Origin: Flaccisagitta enflata
Taxonomy: Eukaryota
Assembly: GCA_965153355.1 (NCBI GenBank)
Contig: OZ231126.1
Coordinates: forward strand, 6,634,001-6,698,000
Reading direction: 5' to 3'
Length of the DNA stretch: 64,000 bases
This document shows positions 1 to 13,249 of the stretch, one piece after another; position 1 is the first letter of the stretch, and every line of letters begins with the position of its first letter. The notes below the pieces were generated by a model. The model saw nothing but the letters and a program-made list of their open reading frames with translations, was not told the origin of the DNA and did not search any database. A program made the translations under genes and the position numbers.

Positions 1-243
1 GATTGAGTCTGGTTTGAGTCTGGTTTGAGTCTGGCTTAAATATGGTTTATGTCTGGTTTATGTCTGGTTTATGTCTGATTTAGGTCTGTTTTTGGTCTGG
101 TTTAATTCTGGTTTGAGTCTTGTTTGAGTCTGGTTTGGGTCTGTTTTGGGTTGCGTTTAAGTCTGATTTTCGTTAAAAAGATACAATAAGGAGTCAGGTC
201 AGTTATTTTTGTCCTGCACGCGACTTATAGATGTTGGCCTTGT
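1..243 (+). mobile_element. 3' part of a DINE-1/Helentron-like non-autonomous element with 11-bp (GTCTGGTTTGA) array
   Basis: Same end sequence (GTCCTGCACGCGACTTATAG..GTTGGCCTTGTT) and array as the 50878-52279 copy. Confidence 0.65.
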
Positions 244-446
244 TTGACCATAATGCCAAAGTATCTATTTATGTAACTTTTATGCATCACTCAATTCATT
301 TATCTATGATCGGCTTTCGATCAACCTCGATAAATTTCAATATCCCCTTTCTCTCTATCTCAGTCTGTCTGTCTGTCTGTCTGTCCGTCCGTCCGTCCGT
401 CCGTCCGTCCGTCCGTTCGTCCGTCCGTCCGTCCGTCCGTCCGTCC

Positions 447-538
<92 letters not shown>

Positions 539-1389
539 TTTCCGCGGTCTACATTTCGATCTTTATTTGTTTTTGATTGATTCATGGTAGCCATGAAGAG
601 GCATGAATACTGATGATCAGCTTTTGGTGGCAGTGAAGATAGAAACTTGTATCGGCCGGCTGTGCTGCTTATCTTAGCTCTCTCTGTCTGTTTCTGTATC
701 TGTCCCTCTCTCTGTCTGTTTTCATGTGTCTCTGAAAAAAACCCTAATAGATACTCTTCCCAATTTTTATCAGGAGTCAGTGAATTTCAATTCAGTTTAC
801 TCAGAATTGTATAAAGGGTGTCATTATTTTGGTTAAAAGAATGGGCCAAGAAGCGCCAAAGTAATGGCTTATGCATGGCCCAGGGCCAGGGAATAGCCCG
901 GAATGTTTTGGTCATAGTCCAGGGACCGGGGATTGCACAGAGGTTTCCAGACATGGCCCAGAGTCTGAGGAAAGCCCAGAATTTTTTGGACATGGCCCAT
1001 GGCCTGGGGATTTTCCAGGCAAAGCCCAGGGTCTTGAGATTGCTCAGTATTTTCCGCGCATGGCCCAGGTCACGAAATAGGGTCAAATTTAAAGAAATGA
1101 TAGACTCTAGTTTTTTGCATAAATGCACCAAAAAAGGTTTTCCCACAAGTAGAGGTCTGAATTTGAAGATTACAAAAGAAAAAAAGGAAGAGATTCTTTG
1201 AACAGCTACACCCGGTCAAACCAAATTGAAGGGTAGTAAAAATCTGTCTATAATGGACTTTCATTCTTAGTCCCTTCATTTCATTTCTTTTCATTGCTTT
1301 TGTTGGAAATAATGGAATTCCGTCTATTACCAATAGAATTTGTTGGTGCCTTGACAACTGCTATTGTGGGGTTCACCTGTAGTTTTGTA

Positions 1390-2292
1390 TAAGTGCCATA
1401 CTTAGGCATTGTTGGATTGGAAGGCAATAAAACAAATGTGTCATTTTTCCCATTTTTGTTGTAGTTTGGCACTCTGTGCATTCTTGGAGTGACAATAAGG
1501 AGGATAGGAAAGTTAGGCACAAACAAGTTAATCTTGCCACTTTTGTTCAAGTTGGGCACTCTCGGCATTCTTGGAGTGACAAGTGGGAGGAAAGGAAATT
1601 TAGGCACAAATCAGTTAATTTCGCCATTTTTGTTCTAGTTTGACACTCTGTGCATTCTTTGAGTGACAAGTAAGAGGAATGGAAAGTTAGGCACAAATCA
1701 GTTAATCTCGCCATTTTTGTTCTAGTTTGGCACTCTGTGCATTCTTGGAGTGACAAGTGGGAGGAAAGGAAAGTTAGGCACAAATCAGTTAATCTCGCCA
1801 TTTTTGTTCTAGTTTGGCACTCTGTGCATTCTTGGAGTGACAAGTGGGAGGAAAGGAAAGTAAGGCACAAATCAGTCAATCTCGCCATTTTTGTTCTAGT
1901 TTGACACTCTGTGCATTCTTGGAGTGACAAGTAAGAGAAAAGGAAATTTAGGCACAAATCAGTTAATCTCGCCATTTTTGTTCTAGTTTGGCACTCAGTG
2001 CATTCTTGGAGTGACAAGTAAGAGGAAAGGAAATTTAGGCACAAATCAATTAATCTCGCCATTTTTGTTCTAGTTAGACACTCTGTGTATTCTTGGAGTG
2101 ACAAGTAAGAGGAAAGGAAATTTAGGCACAAATCAGTTAATCTCGCCATTTTTGTTCTAGTTTGACACTCTGTGCATTCTTGGAGTGACAAGTGGGAGGA
2201 AAGGAAAGTTAGGCACAAATCAGTTAATCCTGCCATTTTTGTTCTAGTTTGGCACTCATTGCATTCTTGGAGTGACAAGTGGGAGGAAAGGA
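1390..2292. repeat. 87-bp minisatellite, ~10 copies
   Basis: TTGGAGTGACAAG recurs at an 87-bp period; explains the 29-aa periodic ORF 1547-2413. Confidence 0.92.
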
Positions 2293-2414
2293 AACGAGGA
2301 AAATCATTCTTTCCATCATCGGTAAACCATTTCAAACTGAATTCAAAATGAGGCAGAGAGAATTTGTTTACAATGTAATCACCTTGTGTCAATATCTCTC
2401 TGGATACATTCACT

Positions 2415-3125
<711 letters not shown>

Positions 3126-3648
3126 CAATTAACTCGATTCCGCGTTTTTGGGAAAAATGCAAAAAAAGCGAAAAAACAAAAAAAGATTTAAAAAATCATA
3201 GCTCCAAAACTATCGATCGCACAGAATTCTGGCGTCATCTGAAAGAGGAGAATTAGCTCTTTCTTAGCTATTAATTTCATGCGTAGTCCCATTCTGCCCT
3301 CAAAATGCACCAACTTTCCCAAACGCCTCATAAAACAAAGGGAAATCCGTTTTTCTATGCAGGACTCAAAAAGACCGAAGGGACTTCGTCTCTTCGACTT
3401 TTTTCCAAATCATCACCATCATCACCTTGTCATTTTCATACTCGTCATTATTATCGTTTTCATCGTGGTCGCCATGTTCTTATCATTTTCATCGTGTTCA
3501 CCGTCGTCATCGTCCTCATTGTCGTCTTCGTCTTCGTCGTCGTCATCGTCATTATCGTCGTCATCGTCGTTATCGTCATCATCATTTGATACAAAAAATG
3601 GCGGTAATGGATATGGCAACCTTCGACCCTTTTGTATCGGCCTCTTTG

Positions 3649-3728
<80 letters not shown>

Positions 3729-3786
3729 ACTTTGGCGACCCAATCTCTGGAGAAAGGAAAAGGTGGAGACATTGCTTAAAAGAATA

Positions 3787-3983
<197 letters not shown>

Positions 3984-4042
3984 AAGAAATACAGAAAGAA
4001 AGACCACTTGTACAACCCTCGCAGTCGGCAGGGCAGTAATGC

Positions 4043-4188
4043 AACAAGGCCGTATACACGGCAGCATTAGTCGCGGACGGGTAGGCAGGAGCGGAAAACC
4101 TCAAAAAGTGACTTTGCTACCGACGGACCGACGGACGGATCGACGGACCAAAAAGTAGCTTACAGAGTCGCGTGTCCGCGACTAAAAA
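4043..4188 (-). mobile_element. DINE-1/Helentron-like non-autonomous element, family A
   Basis: Reverse copy of TTTTAGTCGCG...CGCGACT hairpin, (GTCY)n core, GCCGTGTAT..GGCCTTGTT end. Confidence 0.6.
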
Positions 4189-6144
4189 CAGCTCGCTATG
4201 GAACGTGACGGTGGGACCGACGGGAGGACCAACATCTGCACGGACCAACACCGGCTCTTAAAGAGTGGCGTGCATGGGTGGTCAGGAGGGGGGGCATGGG
4301 TGAACAGGGGCGGACAGGGGTGGACAGGGGCGGACAACAAGAGGATTCATCCATATCTGAAACAAACAACCTTTAATGGTCAAAATGGAGACGACAATTT
4401 GGGTTGAGCAGATTGTTTTTGCATATCTACGTGAGGCTCTGCCTGTCTGTCAGCCCCTCGGTCAGTCCGTCTCTTCATCACCCCCTTAGTTCGTCCATCT
4501 GTCCATCAGCGCCTTGATTAGTCCGTCTGTCCATCAGTCCCTTTGTCAGTCCGTACCTTCACCCGCTCCTTGGTCATTCCATCCCTTCATCACCCCCAGT
4601 CTGTCACTCCATACGCCCCTTATCTAATCCCTCTGTCCATCAGCTTCTTAGTTGGTCCGTCCAAGCGTCCCGCATGAGTAAAATCTCGTCTGGCTATCTA
4701 ATTCCTGTTTCCTTTTTGCGTCCAAAATTTGCCTCTTTTTCCCTTTTAATCAAAAAGAAGAAAAAATGTTTCCTTATCTGTTGCTTTCATTTTGGCCACT
4801 TGTCCATGACGGGAAAAAATCATAAAGTGTCACGCATCAAAGCTAAAGCATCAAGTACATGGTACACCAAAAATGGACAAAAAACAAAAGCGACTGCGCA
4901 AAACCCACATAACAAACAAAAAACTGACAAAAGGCATAAGTGTAAAGTCACGGCACACCAAAAACTGACAGAAAACAAAAGCGACACCGCAAATTCACAT
5001 TCACGCATTTTTCGCCATGCATCACTCAGCGCATATCAAGCCCCTCTCATAAGTCAAAACACACCACGCATTTCTTGCCACACATCACACAGCACATATC
5101 AAGCCCTTATCATAACACACCACGCATCACTTGCCACGCATCACTCATCACATATCAAGCCCCTCTCATAGCAGGCCATGCGTTTCTTGCTACGCATCAC
5201 TCATCACATAACAAGCCCCTCTCCATCTCAGACATCTGCCTAGCGTTTTCCTGGCTGAAAGTAAACAAACGAAAAACTAGCTTAGCGCGTTTTTGCGCTT
5301 ACCGTGTTCTGACTAGAAAACTTAAAAATGAAGGAAATTTCTGTCGTTTTCGGTCTGTCTTATCGGTAACAGTAGCAAAGACGAGCTCAAATCAATTAAT
5401 CATGTTCTAATTGTTTAAATACATAAAATACATTAAATCACGAAATTCATGTTCAAGAACGATCAAAAGCACGAAGGCGCAATTACGCGTTTGATGTAGG
5501 GTGAAAGGAAATGAGGGCAACTTTTAATTTCCTGTATGTGAATAAAAAACTCGGTTTTGGCCTTTTTTTTTCAAGAAAAAAATGATAGTGGGTGGACCAC
5601 TCATAGTTTAAGTCTTAGTCTTGAGGATTGTTCAGTGGTCAATTTCATTATCTTCAACATTGTCTAACGCAAGAATTCTTCCGATCTTTACGAAGTGAGT
5701 GCGCTTGATTTCGTCGTTGCAAGCTTCTGCGAGCGCGAGCTCGGCGCTGAAACAATCGATTCCGCCGCACGACTCAACGCCCATGGGAATATGGAGGTGA
5801 AAAGATGCGCGTAAGAAGTGACTTTCATCCTCAGTGACAGAAACGGCGATCCAATGCCGCGTGCGTGCCCCCAAGCGTCGGCATCTAAGCGTTGACGTTT
5901 TCCCGCAAAACGTTTCTTTAAAAAGAAAAGCGAAATTCTCTGTCAGGGCTATCGATGCTTAACAGTTAAGGATTAACGGTTAATTAATCATTGATATAAT
6001 TATTTATCATTGAAATAGTTAAATATGATTAACCGTTAATTGTGATTCATTATCAAGTCTTTGTTTTGCTATAGATCACTTCATCATAAGATGATTCACC
6101 TTTACCAAATTTGGCAAATTCATGTAAAAAAAAGAGAGAAAAAA

Positions 6145-6585
6145 AAGAGGGCAATATGTGGTCAGCGATACCCATTGCCCTGCTTTGCTTGGTTATAAAT
6201 CGGAATGACAAGAAGCAGGGCAGCAGTGATGGGGACGAAGTCTTGTAGAACACAGAGGAACTTTTGTTTGTCTGTCTGTTTGTCTGTTCGTTCAAATCTG
6301 CCCTCTCAGGCCTGAAATCCACCCTCTCAGGCCTGAAATCTGCCTTCTCAGGCCTTGAATCTGCGAGGACAGATGTGAGGCCTGAGAGGACAGGTTTTAG
6401 GCCTGAGAGGGCAGATTCAAGGTTTGAGAGGGTAGATTTCAAGCCCTGAGAGGGCACGTTTCAAGCCTGACATGGCAGATTTTAGGTCTGAGAGGGCAGA
6501 TTTCAGGCCTGAGAGGGCCTGGGGGGAATAGCGAATGAACGAACAAACAGACGAACGGACCCTTTGGGGCCGCTGCCCAAAAAAT
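6145..6585 (-). mobile_element. Non-autonomous element, family B, with internal 21-bp repeats
   Basis: Shares GGTCAGCG.TACC..TGCCCTGCT and GGGCCGCTGCCCAAAA termini with 11352-11892. Confidence 0.55.
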
Positions 6586-7044
6586 CAGACCTCTCAGGCC
6601 TCAAATCAAGCCTTAGACTAGGTTTCTCAACCCTAGCAAACCTTAGTTCTCTTAGGGCCTAATTCAGCCATATAAGCCTCAAATTAGCCCAGTCTGTCTT
6701 TGAATCAGTCCTTTCATGCTTTTCAGGCAGGATGAACGTCGAACAAAAGTCCTTGTGTTCTACAGGACTTTGCCCCCTTTGGGGCCGCTGCTCTGCTTCG
6801 TGGTCTGTGCTAGATACTTAATCATTGGCGGCTGTCTGAAATTCGTACGGCTCCGGAGCAATTTCCGTCTCGAGTTCATCCACGGCGGTTTCAATATGAG
6901 AGCCAGCTCGTCTTTGTTGACGAAACATTCGGCAAAAGGCGCGGCGTCGGCATCGAGGATGAAATGATGGGTGCAATGCAAAGGACGTCCTCATTATCCT
7001 CTTCCATATCTGAATACATAATACGGATTTCAAGGAACCAATAA

Positions 7045-7192
7045 TTTTTAGTCGCGGACACGCGACTCTACATCTTGCCGTGTCGGTCGGTCGGTAGGTC
7101 GGTCCGTCACATTTTTGAATTACGAGCCGTTTCCGCATTACTGCTCCTGCCCGACTGTCCGCGACTGGATTGCCGTGTATCCGGCCTTGTTT
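7045..7192 (+). mobile_element. DINE-1/Helentron-like non-autonomous element, family A
   Basis: TTTTTAGTCGCGGACACGCGACT hairpin, (GTCG)n, GCCGTGTATCCGGCCTTGTT; near-identical copy at 17187-17345. Confidence 0.7.
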
Positions 7193-7391
7193 TCTTTCAT
7201 AGGCGGACTTCTGTTATTGCCAACAAAGGAGAGAAAAGGAATTACCATGAAGGGACTGCCAATAAAGGCAGCTCTCGCCGACTGGAAAAAAGTCGTAAAT
7301 GGGAGTCTTTTTTTCTTTGTGCATGTTCCTCTGTGACTGTGTGTTAATCTTAAGATGTCTGGTTGACTGCTGGTCTGTTTTTGTCATTCAA

Positions 7392-7484
<93 letters not shown>

Positions 7485-8051
7485 AACTCTCTCTCTCTCT
7501 GTTCTCTCTCTCTCTCAACTCTCTCTCTCAGTCTTCTTCTCTCTCTCTTCTCTCTCTCTCTCTCACTATTCTCTCTAGCAAATTGATCAAATTAGCATCA
7601 ATTTGTAACAAACTATTCGATTTTTGCAAAAATGTGAAAAATGAAAAAAAGATCTAAAAAATCATAATGCAAAAAAAAATCATAGTAAAGACCTCTGGTT
7701 AGCGCCATTGGAAAGAGAAAAATATATTATCTCAGCCTCAAAAAGGGCTCAACTTCCTTGAATTGACCACAAATCCAAAATAGATTATTTTATTCCTCCC
7801 CTATGTTTTAAAAAAGTCGAATTACGTAATTCGACTTTTTTCCAATAAATCTTAATGTTATAGACCTGTGGAGTTCCGTTGGAAGCGGGTCTGGAACTGT
7901 TGTGGCCGTCGAGGCGCTGTCATCAAATTCCGAAAAGTTGCCAAACAATTGTACTGAGATGGTCTCTTCGGATATGTACTGAGCTTGTCATATCTGAGAG
8001 AATTATTGCAGAACAAAGACGAAATTTGACTAGAAAATGTCTACTGATTCT

Positions 8052-8101
<50 letters not shown>

Positions 8102-8489
8102 CGCGCTTTTGTAGCGGATGTACAGACCGATGGTAGGGTGGACTAACAGACGATTGGACAGACAGACACACAGACAGACCATTAAAGCCTTTGATGTAGT
8201 TGCAAGGGTGCAAAAAATGTGATTAAGAGCCTCATCTTTGCGGTATGAAATATTGCGCTAGCTGCGAATGACGTTTGAAATACCTTTTCTTTTACCTACC
8301 AATTATTTCGCTTGTATCCGCGATAGTTCCGGGAATATCCATAATAACTAGAACATTCGCAAAGAGTTTCTCTGCTTTGCTGAGAAAAAAAATCATTGAC
8401 AGAATAAATTCGAGCTGCTTTCGGACGTTGAGCTCGATAAATGCCGATCGGATGCTCATCTTCTTCGCGTATGTTTTCTTTCAGATGCC

Positions 8490-8970
8490 ATAACACGCAA
8501 CACATTTCTCGCCATGCATCACACAGCACATATCAAGCCCCTCTCATAACACGCCACATAAATTTCGCCATGTTTCGCACAGCACATATCAAGCCCCTCT
8601 AATAACACGCCACACATTTCTGGCCACGCATCACACAGCACATATCAAGCCCCTCCCATAACATGCCACGTAAATTTCGCCATGTTTTGCACAGAACATA
8701 TAAAGCCCCTCTCATAACAAACCACATATTTCTCGCCACGCATCAAACAGCACATATCAAGCTCCTTTCACACCATGCCTCACATTTTCCGCCACGCATC
8801 ACATAGCATATATCAAGCTGATCTCATAACATGCCATGTAAATTTCTCAATGTTTTGCACAGCACAAATCAAGCGCCTCTCATAACACGCCACACGTTTC
8901 TCGCCACGCATCACACAGCACGCATCAAGCCCCTCTCATAACACGCCACACATTTCTCGCCACGCATCAA
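8490..8970. repeat. ~56-bp minisatellite (second array at ~5010-5220)
   Basis: CACAGCACATATCAAGCCCCTCTCATAACACGCCAC units. Confidence 0.85.
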
Positions 8971-9917
8971 GTTCCACACATCACGCCTCATCTCTTCTCC
9001 AAACAAAATTTCTGGGCCTCGATTAAAAAAGTTGGCTTGATGAGCAAAACGAAACATCGAAGAGAAGAGAAGGATTTTTGATTGAAGCAACGATTTGGGT
9101 GGCTGGGTTAATGACAGGGATGTTGGATGGTGGAGGGATGACAAGGTGGATGGGTAAATATAATAGGAATGGTGGATGGTGAGTCATGAGCAAAATGTAT
9201 GCGATTTGTTGGAGTGGGTAAATGACAATGACGGCTAGGTGTTGGGTTGATGAATGTTACATCATTAAAGAAGTAAATGATTTGACGGTGCATGATGTTG
9301 ATAGACGCAAAGGCAAGAGTTCATTAGGGAGGGGATGGGTGGGTAAATGACGAGGATACTGGCTGGATACTGGCTCATAACAAAGTTAAACAGAACAGTG
9401 TAAACAAGGCGAGGAGATGCATAACTACAATGACCAGTTAATGGCTAGACTTCTCTAGAAAGTCTACAGATGATATAGACCACCATTCATCACTGATCAT
9501 TGACCTGGAAACGTTTTAGTGATGACTGATTGGCCTTTTCAGTGAATGGGTGGTTAAGAATGGGAAATGTCACTGATAGTAGATGAGAAACGGTGGAAAA
9601 GATGAGATGGGCAAGAGAAGGAGAATAAGAAAAGTGGTAAAAAAAGGCGTGTAGCAAGTGTAGCAAAAAGATTATGAGACGGAAGTAGGAAAGTAGGAGG
9701 AAGTAAAGATTGTGTGAAGATGAGGCGGAGTTGGATGAGGAGGATGAGGATGAGGATGAGGATATAGAGGAGCAAGAAAAGTCTTTGGGAAGAGGAGGAG
9801 GCAAAAGAGGAGGAGGAGGATGAAGAAGAAAAGACTGGGGGAGGAGACCTGATTTACGATTGGAGTAAAATCTTCAGCCTTCAAAACTCCACCAACATTA
9901 TCTAAGGGGAAACAAGA

Positions 9918-11075
9918 TGAATTGGCAGCCACTGGAGAGATGAACAGACCCGCAAACCAACTGCTCATACACACAGAAATTGGCAGCTACCGGAGAGATG
10001 AACAGACCAGCAAACCAACTGCTTATAGACACGTAAATTAGCAGCCGCTGGAGAGATGAACAGACAGACAAAGCAATCGCTCACAGACACGGAATTTGGA
10101 AGCCACTGGAGAGATGAACGGACCAACAAACCAACTGCTCATAGACAAGGAGATTGGCAACCGCTGAACAGATGAATGGACCAACAAACCAACCGCTCAT
10201 GGACACGAAAATCGGCAGCCGCTGGAGAGATGTATGGACAGACAAACCAACTGCTCATAGACACGGAGATTGGCAGCCGCTGGAGAGATGAATGGACCGA
10301 CAAACCAACCACTCATGGAAACAGAAATTTGCAGCCATTGGAGAGATGAACGGACCGACAAACCAACTGCTCATAGACACGGGATTGGCAGCCACTGGAG
10401 AAATGAATTGACAGAAAACCAACTGTCTATAGACACGGAAATTGGCAGCCACTGGAGAGATGAATGGACAGACAAACCAACCACTCATGGAAACGGAAAT
10501 TGGGCCGCTGGAGAGATGAATGGACAGACAAACCAACCACTCATAGACACGGAAATTGGCAGCCACTGGAGAGATAGATGGACAGACAAACCAACTGTCC
10601 ATAGACACGGAAATTGGCAGCCACTGGAGGGATGAATGGACAGACAAACCAACCGCTCATAGACACGGAAATTGGCAGATGCTGGAGAGATGAATGGACC
10701 GACAAACCAACTGTCTGTAGACACGGAAATTGGCAGCTGCTGGAGAGATGAATGGACCAACAAACCAACCGCTCATAGACACGGAAATTGGCAGCCACTG
10801 GAGAGATGACTGGACAGACAAACCAACTGTCCATAGACACGGAAATTGGCAGCCGCTGGAGAGATGAATGGACAGACAGATAAATTGCTCATGGACACGG
10901 AATTTTGCATATGATGGAGAGACAAACAAACAGACAAACTGCTTATAGACACAGAAATTGGCATACGATGGAGAGATGAACAATCAGACAAACTAACCGC
11001 TCATAGACATGGAAATTGGCATAAGATGGAGAGATAAACAGACAGACAGACAAGAAAATTGGCATACGGTGGAGA
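9918..11075. repeat. 58-bp minisatellite, ~20 copies
   Basis: GACACGGAAATTGGCAGCCACTGGAGAGATGAATGGACAGACAAACCAAC units. Confidence 0.92.
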
Positions 11076-11351
11076 GGCAATCGGACCAATAAATCAATCG
11101 CTCTTATGCTTAGATACAGACAGCATCCCATGGAGAGATTCATATGTTGCTGTTTCCATCCATTGGTCATGTGGTCTGTTGATCATTTGGTCCATCTGTC
11201 AAAATTTTTTTTTGAAAGGTACATATATTAATCTCATAGTACCTCGTTCTCTCGCTGCTCAATTTGTATTCCTCAGTCCTTTTCCAATGTCTCTTTCAGT
11301 TTCACTGTCCCCTTCACCTTAACCCTGCTTTCATTTTCCACCTTTTCTGTT

Positions 11352-11892
11352 CTTTTTGGGCAGCGGCCCCAAAGGGCCGATGTCCTGTAGGACATAGGGG
11401 GGAATTTTGAGACTTCGGTCCATCTGTCCGTCCTTCCGTCCTTCCGTCCCTCCCTTGGCCATCGGAGCCTCAAGTCTGCAGTCTCAGGCCTGATTTTGGC
11501 CCTCTGAGCCCTCAAATTAGCCCTTTCAGACTTCAATTTAGCCCTCGAGAGCTCAAATCAGCCCTCCAGATTTTCATATCTGCCCTCAAGACCTCAAATT
11601 AGCCCTACATACCTCAAATCCGCCCTCCAGGCCGCAAATCAACTTTTCAGGCCTAAAATTTGTCCTCTAGGCCTCAAGCCTGCCCCCTAAACCTCAAATC
11701 TGCTCTTTTGTACTAAATTCTGCCATCCTGACTTCAAATCCGCCTCAGGACGTCTCGAAATTCACCCCTGTGTCCTACAGGACGTCGGTCCTTTGGGGCC
11801 GCTGCCCTGCTCTCACTCCACTTCTTCACTTGATCACTCCAAGCAGGGCATCGGGTACCGCTGACCATGTGCGATCCTTGGATGACTAGTTT
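11352..11892 (+). mobile_element. Non-autonomous element, family B (Helentron/HINE-like), with internal 21-bp repeats
   Basis: Subterminal inverted repeats GGGCAGCGGCCCCAAAGG / CCTTTGGGGCCGCTGCCC and 3' tail GGTACCGCTGACCATGTG..ATCCTTGGATGACT.GTT; relatives at 25211-26624, 39663-40503, 19030-19375, 48383-48720. Confidence 0.65.
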
Positions 11893-12627
11893 AACCATAT
11901 TCTCTATTCTTGCCTTAAATCCAAACCAGCTGAAAGAAAGGAGAAGAAGAAAAAATGAGAGTTGGAAGGAAGCAGAAGAAAGAGAAGGAGGAAGATGAAA
12001 AAGATGATTAAGAAGAAGAATAAGATGATCTTTGAGTTTGGCACAACACAGTGGCTATTCTAAATCAGTATAGCACGTCAACACGGTTGTATGATTTGGG
12101 GAAAAAATGAAAAGGAAAGAGAAAGAAAAATGAAAACATGAAGAAATTAAACAAAGCTGAATAGAAGCAACTAACTGCTGACAAATTGTGCTACTGACCT
12201 CAAAAGGTCGCACCTGAAAGAGTTTGAACAATACTTAAAGCTGAAACCAATCTGTTACTTATAGCTTTATTCGTTAAGGAGCCACAATCTTCCAAAGTCG
12301 ATGCTTGTTTTTTGATGCACCATTTTTTTATCCCCAAGATTACATAAATTGATCTCTCAATGTTTTTTAGCCCACTGGGTTTTCTCAAGAGAAGGAGACT
12401 AGATATAAATTGAATAAGAAGAACAAGCCCAACTGGACAACTTGATGCATCTTCTGCGCGATTTGAGAAGAGGCATGATGGACGATATGCGGACAGATGG
12501 ACAGATGAACGGACAGACTGAGGGAGGGATGGACAAATGGACAAATAGACAGAAGGACGGACAGATATATGCACAAATGCATGCACAGACAGACGGGCCC
12601 TCTGATGTAGTTGCAATGAACCATATA

Positions 12628-12962
12628 CTACGCGAATCAAAAAAAAGCCGCACCCTATTATAGGTGAGTGGAAGAGGCAAAGAAAATTATTTTGAAATCC
12701 GTTTAGAAGTTAGAGCTTGTCAAAGTTGACCACTTTTTTGTAAAAATGCTCATTTTTCAATAGGATTGCAAAACTGAAAATGGCAATGTTTTACTCTTTT
12801 TTATGCCATTTCTAAACGAATAGAGCTAGAAATACCAGATTGGAGCCAAATGAAAGTTCTTTTTGAAAGCTTTAAAATGGTCTAAGATTTCATTTGATTA
12901 TTTTGAAATTCAATATGGTAAATTGTCATTTAAAAGTGCGGCTTTTTTATTGATTCGCGTAG
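12628..12962. mobile_element. TA-flanked MITE
   Basis: TA|CTACGCGAATCAA...TTGATTCGCGTAG|TA; relative at 43010-43407. Confidence 0.8.
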
Positions 12963-13249
12963 TAAAAAGAAGGATATCAAGAAGATGACAAAGAAGATGA
13001 ATGAGAACAAAGATGAAAGATGGGAGAGACGAAATTCGACGTCACTTCCCCCCTTTACCCATCTAGACCCATCGAGAAACCACCCTGTTCCTTCTTTTCT
13101 TTCTGCTTGGGTTCATTCCAAAACCTTGAATGACTCTTTTACGACATGACATATTTCCCTCTTTTCACTCTTTCAACTCTTTTCAACCTCTTCAACAACT
13201 CTTTTATGACCTCTCTCATTTTCCCTTATGACCTTTTGCATCAGCGATT

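Noticed and set aside
1547-2413. 288-aa Cys-containing repeat ORF
   Set aside because: Translation of an 87-bp minisatellite; no coding context.
9918-11075. CRISPR-like regular array (also 1390-2292, 61440-61615, 62260-63065)
   Set aside because: Whole units repeat with no unique spacers, there are no cas genes, and the DNA is eukaryotic.
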